Source: Octopus bimaculoides (lineage: Eukaryota). From it: a DNA stretch of 64,000 bases. The stretch is taken from positions 49,907,027 to 49,971,026 of the forward strand of contig NC_068987.1 in the NCBI RefSeq assembly GCF_001194135.2, read 5' to 3'. Below the pieces are notes generated by a model that saw nothing but the letters and a program-made list of their open reading frames with translations, was not told the origin of the DNA and searched no databases. Position 1 is the first letter of the stretch. Each line of letters opens with the position of its first letter. Positions 41,401 to 49,949 of the stretch are shown here, in pieces. The translations under genes and the position numbers were made by a program.

Positions 41401-43651
41401 GTGACAGGTTGTCGGGATAGCAATGGTAAAACAGTGATGTCAATGACAGAGTAATTTCAGGTGGCAAGCTGGCAAAATAGTTAGCACACCAGGTAAAAAG
41501 CTTAGCGGCATTTGGTCTGTCTTCACATTCTGAGTTCAAGTTCCACTGAGGTCAACTTTGCCTTTCGTCCTTTCAGAGTTGATAAAATAAATACCAGTTG
41601 AGCACTGTGTGCATGTATGTGTGAGTGGGGGTAGGGTTGACCTATCTACTCCCCTGAAATTGCTAGCTTTTTGTGTCAAAATTTGAAACCAATGACAGAG
41701 TGATCTGAAGGAGAGGAAGGGGTGGCTAGTAGTACAGGAAGTAAACAGAGGGGTGTATTGAAGAATGGCAATCCCTTGTTACTCAGGCAATGGGAGTACA
41801 GCAGTACAAATGGTGACTGGAGAAATGCATATGAACAATACACAGGTGGCCAAGTGTAGCAAGCAGAAGAGACCGATAACATAAGTGAAGATATTAAAAA
41901 GACAAGAGGGGCAGCAGATGGCGACTTAGAAAGAATAAACTAAATAAAAGTCCAAACCTCCACCATTATCCAAATTTTAATGTGCATTTCACCATGTTTG
42001 CACAAGTGGAAAGGTTTTCTTCAGCATTGCCAAATGTCATAACTTTCTATCATCTTTATGAGGTGTAATATCTTGAAATTAGTCTTCACCACTCCATCCC
42101 AAGTTTTTCTCAGTCTTCCTTTTCCCAAAGATTCCATTCACTTCAAGTGTGTGGTACTTTACACAACCATCACAAGTTGTGGGAGTCAAGTATAACATTT
42201 TCAAATAACCAATGCTTCTTTGCAATCTTCTGCAAAGACTTGATTCAACACTAGTGCATTCAACAAATTTTTGCCTGGGTATATTCAAGTTATGCAGTCT
42301 ACTTTTCAGACATTGAGTAAAAAAGGCTAAGGATCTGACAAAATGTGAAGGTAGTCAACAACTCAAAGGGAAATCGCAAATATGACTTCAATGATTTCAA
42401 ATCAATTTGTTGAATCTTAAACACCAAACCTTTCTTGCCATTATGACTATCTTCTTTTTTCTTCCCTCTCAGAACACCAGAAAGTTTATCAAAAGATGAA
42501 TTTAGATTCCTTCATCAATTGTAGCACTTTCGTTAAATCATATCTAGACGTCGAAGAAAGTCTAAGTAAAGAATTTGTGCAATTTGTAGCAATGTTTAAA
42601 GCTCATCTTATTTCTCATACTGACACTAAACAAGACGTCGCAGAAATGAAGTTTTACCGTTTGGTAAGTGGCAATTCTTTGAAGTCTTGCTTTGCAAATG
42701 TACAAAATGCCTTGTGCATTTATTTGTCACCCATGCTTACCAAGTGTTGTGAAGAAGTATTAAAAATTACTTTTTAAAAATTCCTAAAGCATGTAATTAA
42801 AAGAACTTGTCAAACATTCAAGAAGCAAAACAAAAAACAAAAACAAATACGAAACATTTAATGGAAAAACAGTTTAAATAAAATTTCATCATAAACAAAC
42901 AGTACGGGAAATGATCCTATCAACAACCGATATTTCACAAAAACTATGCTAATATCCTTTAAAAGCTCTTAATCTTTGGATCTCTATTTGGTACCCATAT
43001 GCGCTGTGTTTAGTATTTTTAAAAAATGGGCCTTCTAGCTTCTGAAACGCAATCGAAATGTACCTAAAAATATAAAATATACGCGACAAATTCCAGGGCC
43101 ATTTTTATTTTTAAAATTCTTTCGTTACAAAACGACATAAAAAAAGCTTTAATACCCTTTCAAAGTCCTCAAATAAAAAACTACGTTTAAGCTAATTTTT
43201 GTATCAAAATTATTTCTTAAAAAATGTTTCCTTTTAATATTATATAATGGCAGAGTTGTCGAGAACAGAAATTTGTTCTTTCATTTTCGCTTCATCAGAT
43301 AACTGTTTAATCGGCCGCTTCGAATGGATTAGAAACGGACTATATGAAAGTCAAACGGATGTTTTAATAAGACACAACTACTGAAATTTTACAAATTTGT
43401 ATAAAATAGAATTAAAGCAAATTTAACACTTTAAATACTTGAACAAGGGGGAAATGGGACGTGTACAACACGTGACAATATGGGAACGCATAAACATGAA
43501 TATTACTTGATAATTATTATCAAATTGAATCTTACCTTTGTGTATCCTCAACCGATATTTTCTCTTCTTCATTTTTTTTATCAGTTACTTTAGAATTCTC
43601 GGCTTTCGACTCAAATATATCGAAAAGATCGTCTCCGAAGGTGGACGCCAT
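11440..43651 (-). CDS. MTREX: Exosome RNA helicase MTR4 (Ski2-like DExH helicase), whole gene span, 26 coding exons, about 1020-1030 aa
   Basis: Spliced translation shows AHTSAGKT (motif I), [44 protein letters not shown], the arch/KOW region and C-terminal [12 protein letters not shown]. All introns are GT-AG and phases are consistent across every junction. Confidence 0.98.
11925..12220 (-). mobile_element. tRNA-derived SINE in MTR4 intron 25
   Basis: Minus strand starts ggtgcaggagtggttgtgtggtaag...ggttcagtccc (A/B-box-like). Confidence 0.7.
12290..12540 (+). pseudogene. Decayed PCNX4-like C-terminal fragment in MTR4 intron 25 (antisense to MTR4)
   Basis: [41 protein letters not shown]......*YG...[22 protein letters not shown]...WKEAILQEKP. 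Confidence 0.6.
12942..13046 (-). CDS. MTREX: MTR4 exon 25
   Basis: (G)[34 protein letters not shown]+G|gtatag. Confidence 0.98.
13138..13733. mobile_element. TTAA-target (piggyBac-type) MITE interrupted by a SINE
   Basis: TTAA|CCCTTTAGCATT...AATGCTAAAAGG|TTAA. Related copies at 17728-17928 (opposite orientation), 23641-24041 and 24713-24928. Confidence 0.8.
13254..13633 (+). mobile_element. tRNA-derived SINE nested in the MITE
   Basis: TGGCCCAGTGGTTAGG A box and GTTTTGATTCCC B box; flanked by 13-bp direct repeat tacatccaaattc (13241-13253 and 13634-13646). Confidence 0.85.
13945..14260 (+). pseudogene. Decayed PCNX4-like fragment in MTR4 intron 24
   Basis: [46 protein letters not shown]. 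Confidence 0.5.
14687..14849 (-). CDS. MTREX: MTR4 exon 24
   Basis: [54 protein letters not shown]+G|gtataa. Confidence 0.98.
15420..16290 (-). pseudogene. Decayed pecanex-like 4 fragment (mid transmembrane region) in MTR4 intron 23
   Basis: Colinear, frameshifted matches to recalled human PCNX4: [69 protein letters not shown]. Confidence 0.65.
16492..16654 (-). CDS. MTREX: MTR4 exon 23
   Basis: (S)[54 protein letters not shown]|gtatgt. Confidence 0.97.
16990..17530 (-). pseudogene. Decayed PCNX4-like C-terminal fragment in MTR4 intron 22
   Basis: [63 protein letters not shown], in colinear order. Confidence 0.55.
18165..18328 (-). CDS. MTREX: MTR4 exon 22
   Basis: [54 protein letters not shown]+AG|gtagtc. 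Confidence 0.97.
18580..18930 (-). pseudogene. PCNX4-like N-terminal fragment in MTR4 intron 21
   Basis: [37 protein letters not shown]. Confidence 0.45.
19031..19126 (-). CDS. MTREX: MTR4 exon 21
   Basis: [32 protein letters not shown]|gtaaat. Confidence 0.97.
19741..19752 (-). CDS. MTREX: MTR4 exon 20, only the last 12 nt visible; the rest is presumed inside gap 19753-20107
   Basis: GAA AAC ATT AAG|gtatca abuts the gap. It is phase 0 and joins KIEAFEH. The conserved ~30-aa segment (human EVQKRFPDGIPLLDP...) was not found elsewhere between exons 19 and 21. Confidence 0.65.
21420..21535 (-). pseudogene. PCNX4-like fragment in MTR4 intron 19
   Basis: [11 protein letters not shown]...MDLWGIKSL vs MVWQNTENALL...TDIWWNRSL. 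Confidence 0.45.
21888..21998 (-). CDS. MTREX: MTR4 exon 19
   Basis: [37 protein letters not shown]|gtactc. Confidence 0.96.
22244..22363 (-). CDS. MTREX: MTR4 exon 18
   Basis: [40 protein letters not shown]|gtattg. Confidence 0.94.
22761..23212 (-). mobile_element. 5'-truncated RLE-type non-LTR retrotransposon (HERO/NeSL/R2-like) 3' end
   Basis: Minus strand reads [41 protein letters not shown]...[14 protein letters not shown], matching the LTVPxE...K..KY...P/IEVG C-terminal endonuclease pattern; ends in an A tract (T run 22766-22774 on +). Confidence 0.75.
23519..23590 (-). CDS. MTREX: MTR4 exon 17 (KOW)
   Basis: [24 protein letters not shown]|gtaaac. Confidence 0.96.
24088..24260 (-). 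CDS. MTREX: MTR4 exon 16 (arch)
   Basis: (N)[57 protein letters not shown]|gtaagt. Confidence 0.97.
24998..25148 (-). CDS. MTREX: MTR4 exon 15
   Basis: [50 protein letters not shown]+A|gtatgt. Confidence 0.98.
26240..26580 (+). mobile_element. RTE LINE reverse transcriptase fragment (decayed)
   Basis: [17 protein letters not shown]...[24 protein letters not shown]...RVNLTKT. Confidence 0.85.
26976..27101 (-). CDS. MTREX: MTR4 exon 14 (motif VI)
   Basis: [42 protein letters not shown]|gtgaga. Confidence 0.98.
27782..27883 (-). CDS. MTREX: MTR4 exon 13
   Basis: [34 protein letters not shown]|gtaagt. Confidence 0.98.
28900..29060 (-). pseudogene. PCNX4-like extreme N-terminal fragment in MTR4 intron 12
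   Basis: HTV-GG...TKLG*...I*AN vs QTVLGG..FKLGY...IYVN. Confidence 0.35.
29166..29276 (-). CDS. MTREX: MTR4 exon 12
   Basis: [37 protein letters not shown]|gtttgt. Confidence 0.98.
29600..29760 (+). pseudogene. PCNX4-like fragment in MTR4 intron 11
   Basis: [19 protein letters not shown]...FLRVPGV vs LKDFYVHTVMTCYFSLFGI...ILRVYGGV. Confidence 0.4.
30033..30112 (-). CDS. MTREX: MTR4 exon 11
   Basis: aag|(A)[26 protein letters not shown]|gtcagt; uses an AAG acceptor. Confidence 0.93.
30640..30840 (+). pseudogene. PCNX4-like N-terminal fragment in MTR4 intron 10
   Basis: [18 protein letters not shown]; [26 protein letters not shown]. Confidence 0.35.
31330..31461 (-). CDS. MTREX: MTR4 exon 10
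   Basis: (D)[43 protein letters not shown]+G|gtaaat. Confidence 0.96.
32324..32432 (-). CDS. MTREX: MTR4 exon 9
   Basis: [36 protein letters not shown]+G|gttagt. Confidence 0.95.
32533..32631 (-). CDS. MTREX: MTR4 exon 8
   Basis: [33 protein letters not shown]|gtaagt. Confidence 0.98.
33614..33830. mobile_element. Mariner-derived MITE
   Basis: Same TIRs and TA flanks; interior resembles a mariner C-terminal remnant. Confidence 0.85.
34842..34966 (-). CDS. MTREX: MTR4 exon 7 (SAT)
   Basis: (E)[41 protein letters not shown]|gtaagt. Confidence 0.98.
35100..35190 (-). CDS. MTREX: MTR4 exon 6 (DEIH)
   Basis: [30 protein letters not shown]+G|gtgtgt. Confidence 0.98.
36157..36331 (-). CDS. MTREX: MTR4 exon 5
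   Basis: [58 protein letters not shown]|gtaagt. Confidence 0.98.
37822..37985. mobile_element. Small MITE / foldback in MTR4 intron 4
   Basis: ~50-bp inverted arms atttatcccctcttaatgtggatgttcttttagaacaaactatact and its reverse complement. Confidence 0.7.
38354..38529 (-). CDS. MTREX: MTR4 exon 4 (Q motif, Walker A)
   Basis: [58 protein letters not shown]+GT|gtaagt. Confidence 0.97.
38870..39120 (-). mobile_element. Probable Penelope-like RT remnant
   Basis: [11 protein letters not shown] resembles the PxPxLFLRYIDD region of Penelope RT; heavily decayed. Confidence 0.4.
40094..40163 (-). CDS. MTREX: MTR4 exon 3
   Basis: tag|[24 protein letters not shown]|gtaata. Confidence 0.93.
40973..41071 (-). 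CDS. MTREX: MTR4 exon 2
   Basis: cag|[35 protein letters not shown]|gtaagt; 99 nt, phase 2/2. Confidence 0.85.
42000..42290 (-). mobile_element. RTE LINE C-terminal remnant
   Basis: [25 protein letters not shown] matches the RTE GRGRPRKTW region. Confidence 0.6.
42300..42760 (+). mobile_element. hAT transposase C-terminal dimerisation domain remnant
   Basis: [26 protein letters not shown] resembles FPNVxIALRIYLxLxVTNCSxERSFS. Confidence 0.6.
43536..43651 (-). CDS. MTREX: MTR4 exon 1 (start codon)
   Basis: [38 protein letters not shown]+AG; donor GTAAGA; the DDLFxxF N-terminus is typical of MTR4. Confidence 0.9.
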
Positions 43652-43700
43652 CTTCCAATTTACGGATGTGGCTTCCGGAAGTAACAGGAACAAGGGCGAT
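43645..43700 (-). promoter_or_regulatory. MTR4 core promoter/5' UTR motifs
   Basis: Palindromic CTTCCGGAAG (ETS-type CCGGAAG on both strands) at 43672-43681. YY1-like AAGATGGCG overlaps the start codon. CpGs are locally retained. Confidence 0.55.
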
Positions 43701-43778
43701 AACCAAAGAGAATAAGTATTAGTTTCATATTAATATAAAAACCGTGTTACTTTATGGCTGTAGCTATTATTATTATAA

Positions 43779-43994
43779 GGCGGCGAGCTGGCAGAAACGT
43801 TAATACGCCGGGCGAAATGCTTAGCAGTATTTTGTCTGTCTTTACGTTCTGAGTACAAATTCTGCTGAGATCAACTTTGCCTTTCATCTTTTCGGGTTCG
43901 ATAAATTAAGTACCAGTTGTGTACTGCGATCGATCTAATTGACTTAATCCTCCTCCCCCAAAATTTCGGGCCTTGTGCCTAGAGTAGAAAAGAA
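43779..43994 (+). mobile_element. tRNA-related SINE immediately upstream of MTR4
   Basis: ggcggcgagctggcagaaacgtt...gagtacaaattc...ttgtgcctagagtagaaaagaa; many older copies occur across the window, and this one retains CpGs. Confidence 0.75.
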
Positions 43995-44292
43995 GGCTAA
44001 TCTTCCAGTTTTGGGACGTAAAAAAAGTAAATAAAAATACAAGGGAAATAATTTAACGTCTTACTAGNNNNNNNNNNNNNNNNNNNNNNNNNNNNNNNNN
44101 NNNNNNNNNNNNNNNNNNNNNNNNNNNNNNNNNNNNNNNNNNNNNNNNNNNNNNNNNNNNNNNNNNNGGGAAGGAGCAAGTCAATTATATACGCTGTGCG
44201 TATCTGTGTTTGTATTAATTTTCTGTTCAACAACTTTTCGCTAATTTTCTATGTACTGTGATTTGAGGAATATTTGGCTGCTATTTCTAGGA

Positions 44293-44312
44293 CTAACCCT
44301 AACCCTAACCCT
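44293..44312. repeat. Short interstitial telomere-type repeat (TAACCC)3
   Basis: ctaaccctaaccctaaccct. Confidence 0.6.
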
Positions 44313-45829
44313 TGGAGATTAAATACGCTTTACACCGCTTAAAGTGCCAAAGGAGTAACTGTAAACAGCTGAATACTTGTCAGTGATTGGTTGAAATTAT
44401 CGAAATAAGACAATTTTTTACATGAAATAAATTCGAATACAAAAATTTTTTTCTGTTCTATAACACAAAATAGATAAGTATACGAAGTTTGAAAGTCTTT
44501 TGGTACCAAAAACACTACATAAAACATAAATGAAAACTGGTGCCCCCGTTTTGAACTAGATCTGGACAAGGCAACAGAAAAAGAAATGGAGAAGGGATTC
44601 ACTATAGTTAAAAAGAAAAGAAGGAGAAGCAGAGGAATGAGTTCTCCGCCAGAGAAGCAGAAAAAAAAGAGAGAAGAGGTGAGAAAAGAAACTGTGAAGT
44701 AGGGCAGTAGGAAGGAAAAAGAAAGTGGAGTTACCAGTGGAGAAAGTGTCAGAAACCTAACTGTATGAAGGTGAAATGGAGAGACTATTTATGGAGGAAG
44801 AAAAGAGAGAACCAAAAGTCCAAGAGAAAGGAAAGAAGATATGAGGAGAAGAAGGAGTATGGTATTATGTAACGTACCCAATAAATGTTGAAACAGAGAA
44901 AAAAATAATCAAGTTACACTCAATAGTAACAGTGAAGGTGCCTTCATACGTCTACGTGGAGGATATGAAGGCAATATTGCTAGAAGAGGAAAACTACAGA
45001 AAATTGAAAGAGATGTGTGGAGATAACATTGACCCGCCAGGAGTGGAGGTGGAATTTAAAGAGTTGCCACCAGTGGTGGATTTAAGAGATATCAAACCAG
45101 TAATGAAGTTCTAAAGACAAAAAAGTATGAAATTAAAGGAAAAAAAAAGAATTGTAAATAATACATATAATGGTTCAAATGGTACTGCATGGGAGTGGGA
45201 CCCATGCGTCCATTTTCATTTTTCCATTTTTATATAACTTTCATTTCATTTACATTCGTTTTATGTATTTTGTCCCCACTGTGGTCTTGTCTGTCCTTGT
45301 AGTGTCCCCATCTATGTTTAGGGCTTTATGCCTAATAAAGAAATCAGTATTTCGTTTGTCTTTAAATTCTGCTGAGGTTGACTTTGCCTTTCATCCTTTT
45401 GGGGTCGATTAAATAAATACTAGTTACGCACTGAGGTCGATGTAATCAACTTAATCCCTTCCTCCAAATATGAGGCCTTGTGCTTCCATTAGAAAAGATT
45501 ATTACTATTATCAACACTATAAATATAAGCAGTGTTCTTAACTCAATGTTGTTTATGTAATTTCGCCCCAAATTGATGCTGGGTTTTACTTCATTTGATG
45601 TTGATAAAATGAATATCTCTAGATCTCTGTCAGTCAAAGGTTGAAGTTTGACCATGAATCATCTGCACTTGTGGATCTCATCTCTAAGGCAAAAATCTTT
45701 AATGAAGACCAGTAATTTTCCAAGTGGCAACCCTCCCCTCTTCTTGCCATCATTAAGACTGTTTCTCACAGGAGGCGAGCTACTCTTCTAGTGTAAAGAT
45801 TGAAAAGTGGGGTGGTTGATAACTTGTCA

Positions 45830-47082
45830 TCTATATATATAAAAATGAGAATGTGTGTCTGTCTGTCTGTCTGTGTGAATCCCTAAAACTCGAGAACTAC
45901 GCAACCAATTTCATTCAAATTTTACACATGCCTTACTTAGGGTTCCAGTTGTGTTTTAGTCAAAAAAAATTTTAACTTCTTGCAGAGTTCGAGCCCACGG
46001 CAACATAATATCTCCTCCACTATTTAAGTATTACGTGTCAAAAGTGAAACAAAAACACTCATGTCAAATACTTTCACTTTAAAAATGAAACTATTCTACT
46101 AACTGAAACAATCACATTTTGATAACTGTAATGACAGATACTTTNNNNNNNNNNNNNNNNNNNNNNNNNNNNNNNNNNNNNNNNNNNNNNNNNNNNNNNN
46201 NNNNNNNNNNNNNNNNNNNNNNNNNNNNNNNNNNNNNNNNNNNNNNNNNNNNNNNNNNNNNNNNNNNNNNNNNNNNNNNNNNNNNNNNNNNNNNNNNNNN
46301 NNNNNNNNNNNNNNNNNNNNNNNNNNNNNNNNNNNNNNNNNNNNNNNNNNNNNNNNNNNNNNNNNNNNNNNNNNNNNNNNNNNNNNNNNNNNNNNNNNNN
46401 NNNNNNNNNNNNNNNNNNNNNNNNNNNNNNNNNNNNNNNNNNNNNNNNNNNNNNNNNNNNNNNNNNNNNNNNNNNNNNNNNNNNNNNNNNNNNNNNNNNN
46501 NNNNNNNNNNNNNNNNNNNNNNNNNNNNNNNNNNNNNNNNNNNNNNNNNNNNNNNNNNNNNNNNNNNNNNNNNNNNNNNNNNNNNNNNNNNNNNNNNNNN
46601 NNNNNNNNNNNNNNNNNNNNNNNNNNNNNNNNNNNNNNNNNNNNNNNNNNNNNNNNNNNNNNNNNNNNNNNNNNNNNNNNNNNNNNNNNNNNNNNNNNNN
46701 NNNNNNNNNNNNNNNNNNNNNNNNNNNNNNNNNNNNNNNATGTGGTGCATAAATTGTCAAGTAAATGAGACGCATCTTTGCCTCTACTGATTCACTTGCA
46801 AAGTGTTGAGTAAAATTATTTCGTTGCAGACCTCCTTTGGGTCTTTTTATTATCACTGCGACACACATAGTCCCCAGTTGGTAACATTGATTTCAAGGCC
46901 CTCCTAGATGAGAGACTGGCATTCCACTTAATGTCTATGTTCCATGCTGGCATGGATTGGAGAGTTATTAATGTAGAAATATGGTATCGTAGCTACTAAC
47001 AGTTGAGGGTTGCGTAGTCTAGACGGCGTTTTTAGATTTCATTATTCTCTTTAACCCGGGCAAAGCCGGGTATTTCTGCTAG
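45830..47082 (+). mobile_element. Non-autonomous Helitron with both termini
   Basis: Inserted between A and T. 5' end TCTATATATATAAAAATG; 3' hairpin CCCGGGCAAAGCCGGG (47055-47070), 8-nt spacer, CTAG. Interior includes gap 46145-46739. Confidence 0.88.
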
Positions 47083-48046
47083 TGTTTAATAAAACTGAGA
47101 TAGTTTTAAACTTTCTAGACTTGTCAGTCCTTACAAAAGAACTATTATCAATGTAAACTATTTTGTTTTTTCTTTAATAAGGATGAAGAAGGACAGTTTT
47201 TGGGTGGTAGTGGGGAGGGATGGACTGATATATGTCATTTTGAGAACACTTGGTTCAAGGGAGAAGAATGGGCTAATACAGCTTGGTTCTGGTGTTGTAT
47301 TTGAACTCAGAACGTGAAAAATCTGGAATAAATACTGCAAGCAATGTCTGCCCTAAACTCCAACAATTCTGCCAATTCACTGACCAGAAGGATGAAATTC
47401 AAAGTTGACCTCAGTGAGACTTGAACTTGGAAAGTGAAGAACCAATGCATTTTCTGTGATTCTACCAATCATTTTCTGTGGATTCTACCAATCCACACAC
47501 ACATACATGCAGTCTTTCATTTGTTAGTTTTATATTTGTTTTTTTCCTCAGCTGACATAGAGTACTTGCTTCAAGTATTACACAAATCAAACCCAGTATT
47601 ACATGGTTGCACCTACAAACAGGAAAAGTGTGAATTTCAGTGGAAAGAATAATGATAAATGACCAAAGTGTCTATAACAAGATTGTAGGGTAGAGGATGT
47701 AAGAAAAGATCCAGAGAGAGAGGAGCACATGAGAATAGCAAAAACTTGATCAATTCAAACATGTAGAAATTGTTGTAATAGTTGGAAAAGAGGTTGACAT
47801 AAGAGACAAAATGTCTTTGAGCCAGAAATTATAGTACACAGGTGATTAAACCTTTGTCAGATGATATCTAGGATTCTTGTGTGGGTAGCAACAGCAGTAG
47901 TAGCTAACATATGCGAAATGAATCAATTCCATTTATGTATCAGCAAAGCTTGTATGTGAAACTCAGAGTAACAATGAGGTGAAACAAAAGTGATGATAAA
48001 AGATGAATAGAACAAAAGCTTTGAACAAAAGCTAAAAGCCATTATA

Positions 48047-48239
48047 CAAGGGGGAGCTGAAAAATTCCTGGCTTTAAGGGTATTGTAAAAGGCCTGATTG
48101 GAGGCCCAACCTTCTGAGATCTTTTACAGGGCTTAGAAAACCTGAAGAACCACTTCAATAAGTGTGTGAATCTGAGAGGGGAAACTGATCCTCCTGTATT
48201 TTCTTTACCCCAAAGAAGAAACTTTTCAGCACATCCTCA
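48047..48239. mobile_element. Mariner-derived MITE
   Basis: Same TIRs and TA flanks, with a small internal deletion. Confidence 0.8.
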
Positions 48240-48673
48240 TATATATATATATATATATANNNNNNNNNNNNNNNNNNNNNNNNNNNNNNNNNNNNNNNNN
48301 NNNNNNNNNNNNNNNNNNNNNNNNNNNNNNNNNNNNNNNNNNNNNNNNNNNNNNNNNNNNNNNNNNNNNNNNNNNNNNNNNNNNNNNNNNNNNNNNNNNN
48401 NNNNNNNNNNNNNNNNNNNNNNNNNNNNNNNNNNNNNNNNNNNNNNNNNNNNNNNNNNNNNNNNNNNNNNNNNNNNNNNNNNNNNNNNNNNNNNNNNNNN
48501 NNNNNNNNNNNNNNNNNNNNNNNNNNNNNNNNNNNNNNNNNNNNNNNNNNNNNNNNNNNNNNNNNNNNNNNNNNNNNNNNNNNNNNNNNNNNNNNNNNNN
48601 NNNNNNNNNNNNNNNNNNNNNNNNNNNNNNNNNNNNNNNNNNNNNNNNNNNNNNNNNNNNNNNNNNNNNNNNN

Positions 48674-49949
48674 GATCCATTTGACAGAGGTAGTAGAGAG
48701 CCAATCTGATCTTGATCTTGAAAGTTTGCATGAATTCTGGCTCTTGAAAGTTTGCATGAATCCTGGCTCAGTTATTTCTCTTTTGGCTCCAAATGATGTC
48801 ATCTGTAGTGCAGCATTGTATTGCATAATTTTGTTTTGGAAGTGCTTGGAATCTTGGTCAGTTGATGACAACAGCTTCTTCAATTCCTCTGGAGGTCGGG
48901 GGATTGCAGGGAGTTCGACCTTTCCACCACTGCAGCACAGTGCAGGTATCTCTCCAGGCCACTTTCTTGCTTTACAATGTATGCACTCTCTTGTCATTGC
49001 ACCAATGGAAACTCTAGTGTCATCTCCAAAATGAACTGCTGGATCATAATTGAAAGCTGCTTCATAGAAGTTGCTTCTCCGAGCTGTTGCAACTGCTCTT
49101 TGTTCTCCAGTGGAGATCCTATTCCTTGTCAACCATGCATACCGCTGTTCATCACTTTGAGATGCTCTGGCTTTTGTAGTGCACAGTCTGTTCATTTTTT
49201 GGTATGCTTCTCTTTCTGCTGCTGTCTCTCTTTCCCTGGACAGAGACATTCTTTTGGCTGACCTTGACATTGTAGTCAAATTTGACACTTTTCTTCTAGG
49301 CATGGTTATATATGTATACAGAAATACACAGGTGCAGAAGATAGTAAACAATGAAAATAACTGTGTAACAGAAATTATATTTCTTAATACAACAGGCAGA
49401 ATGTAAATAAGAAATTTTCATGGAAAATAAAGAATTATACAGGTTGAAGTGAAATTTATCACTTAGGGAACCAAAGAGCCAGTATCAAAGGAACCAGAAA
49501 AAAGCTGTTAACAGAAAAACACAAAACCATTGCAAAAGTAAATAAGAAATTTTTAGGGAAATTAAGTGTACAGATTGAAGTGAAATTTATGAAGTTACTT
49601 CTGTCAGTAAATTATGTATGAAATTATTTTCATCAGTAATTGTGAATTTCTTTCTGTCAGTAATTTGTCACTGTTGTTTGTAAATAGCAATTGAAAACAA
49701 TAGCGATTGAACTTAAAGTGTAAACAATAGCATCTGAAAAATGAAAGTGAAAAAAAACAACAGGGAGTGAGTGAGATATAGAGAGAGGGAGAGAGAGAGC
49801 TAGCTAGTTAGACAAATAAGATAGATATAGATAGATAAGACAGACAAATAGATACAGAGAGATAAATAGATAGAGATGGTTAGAGAGATGTAGAAAGATA
49901 GAGATATGCGCGAAAAGCGAATACACACACCTCTATTTTATATATTAGA
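48674..49949 (-). mobile_element. Helitron 5' part with RepHel N-terminus
   Basis: 5' terminus A|TCTAATATATAAAA at 49949. ORF from ATG 49303: MPRRK...IGAMTRECIHCKARKWPGEIPALCCSGGKV...YNAALQMTSFGA...PGFMQTFK, then IGSLLP in another frame. Runs into gap 48260-48673. Confidence 0.92.

Noticed and set aside
46074-46868. Long ORFs containing X runs (also 2421-2754, 19654-20134, 48166-48731)
   Set aside because: Open only because they cross N gaps
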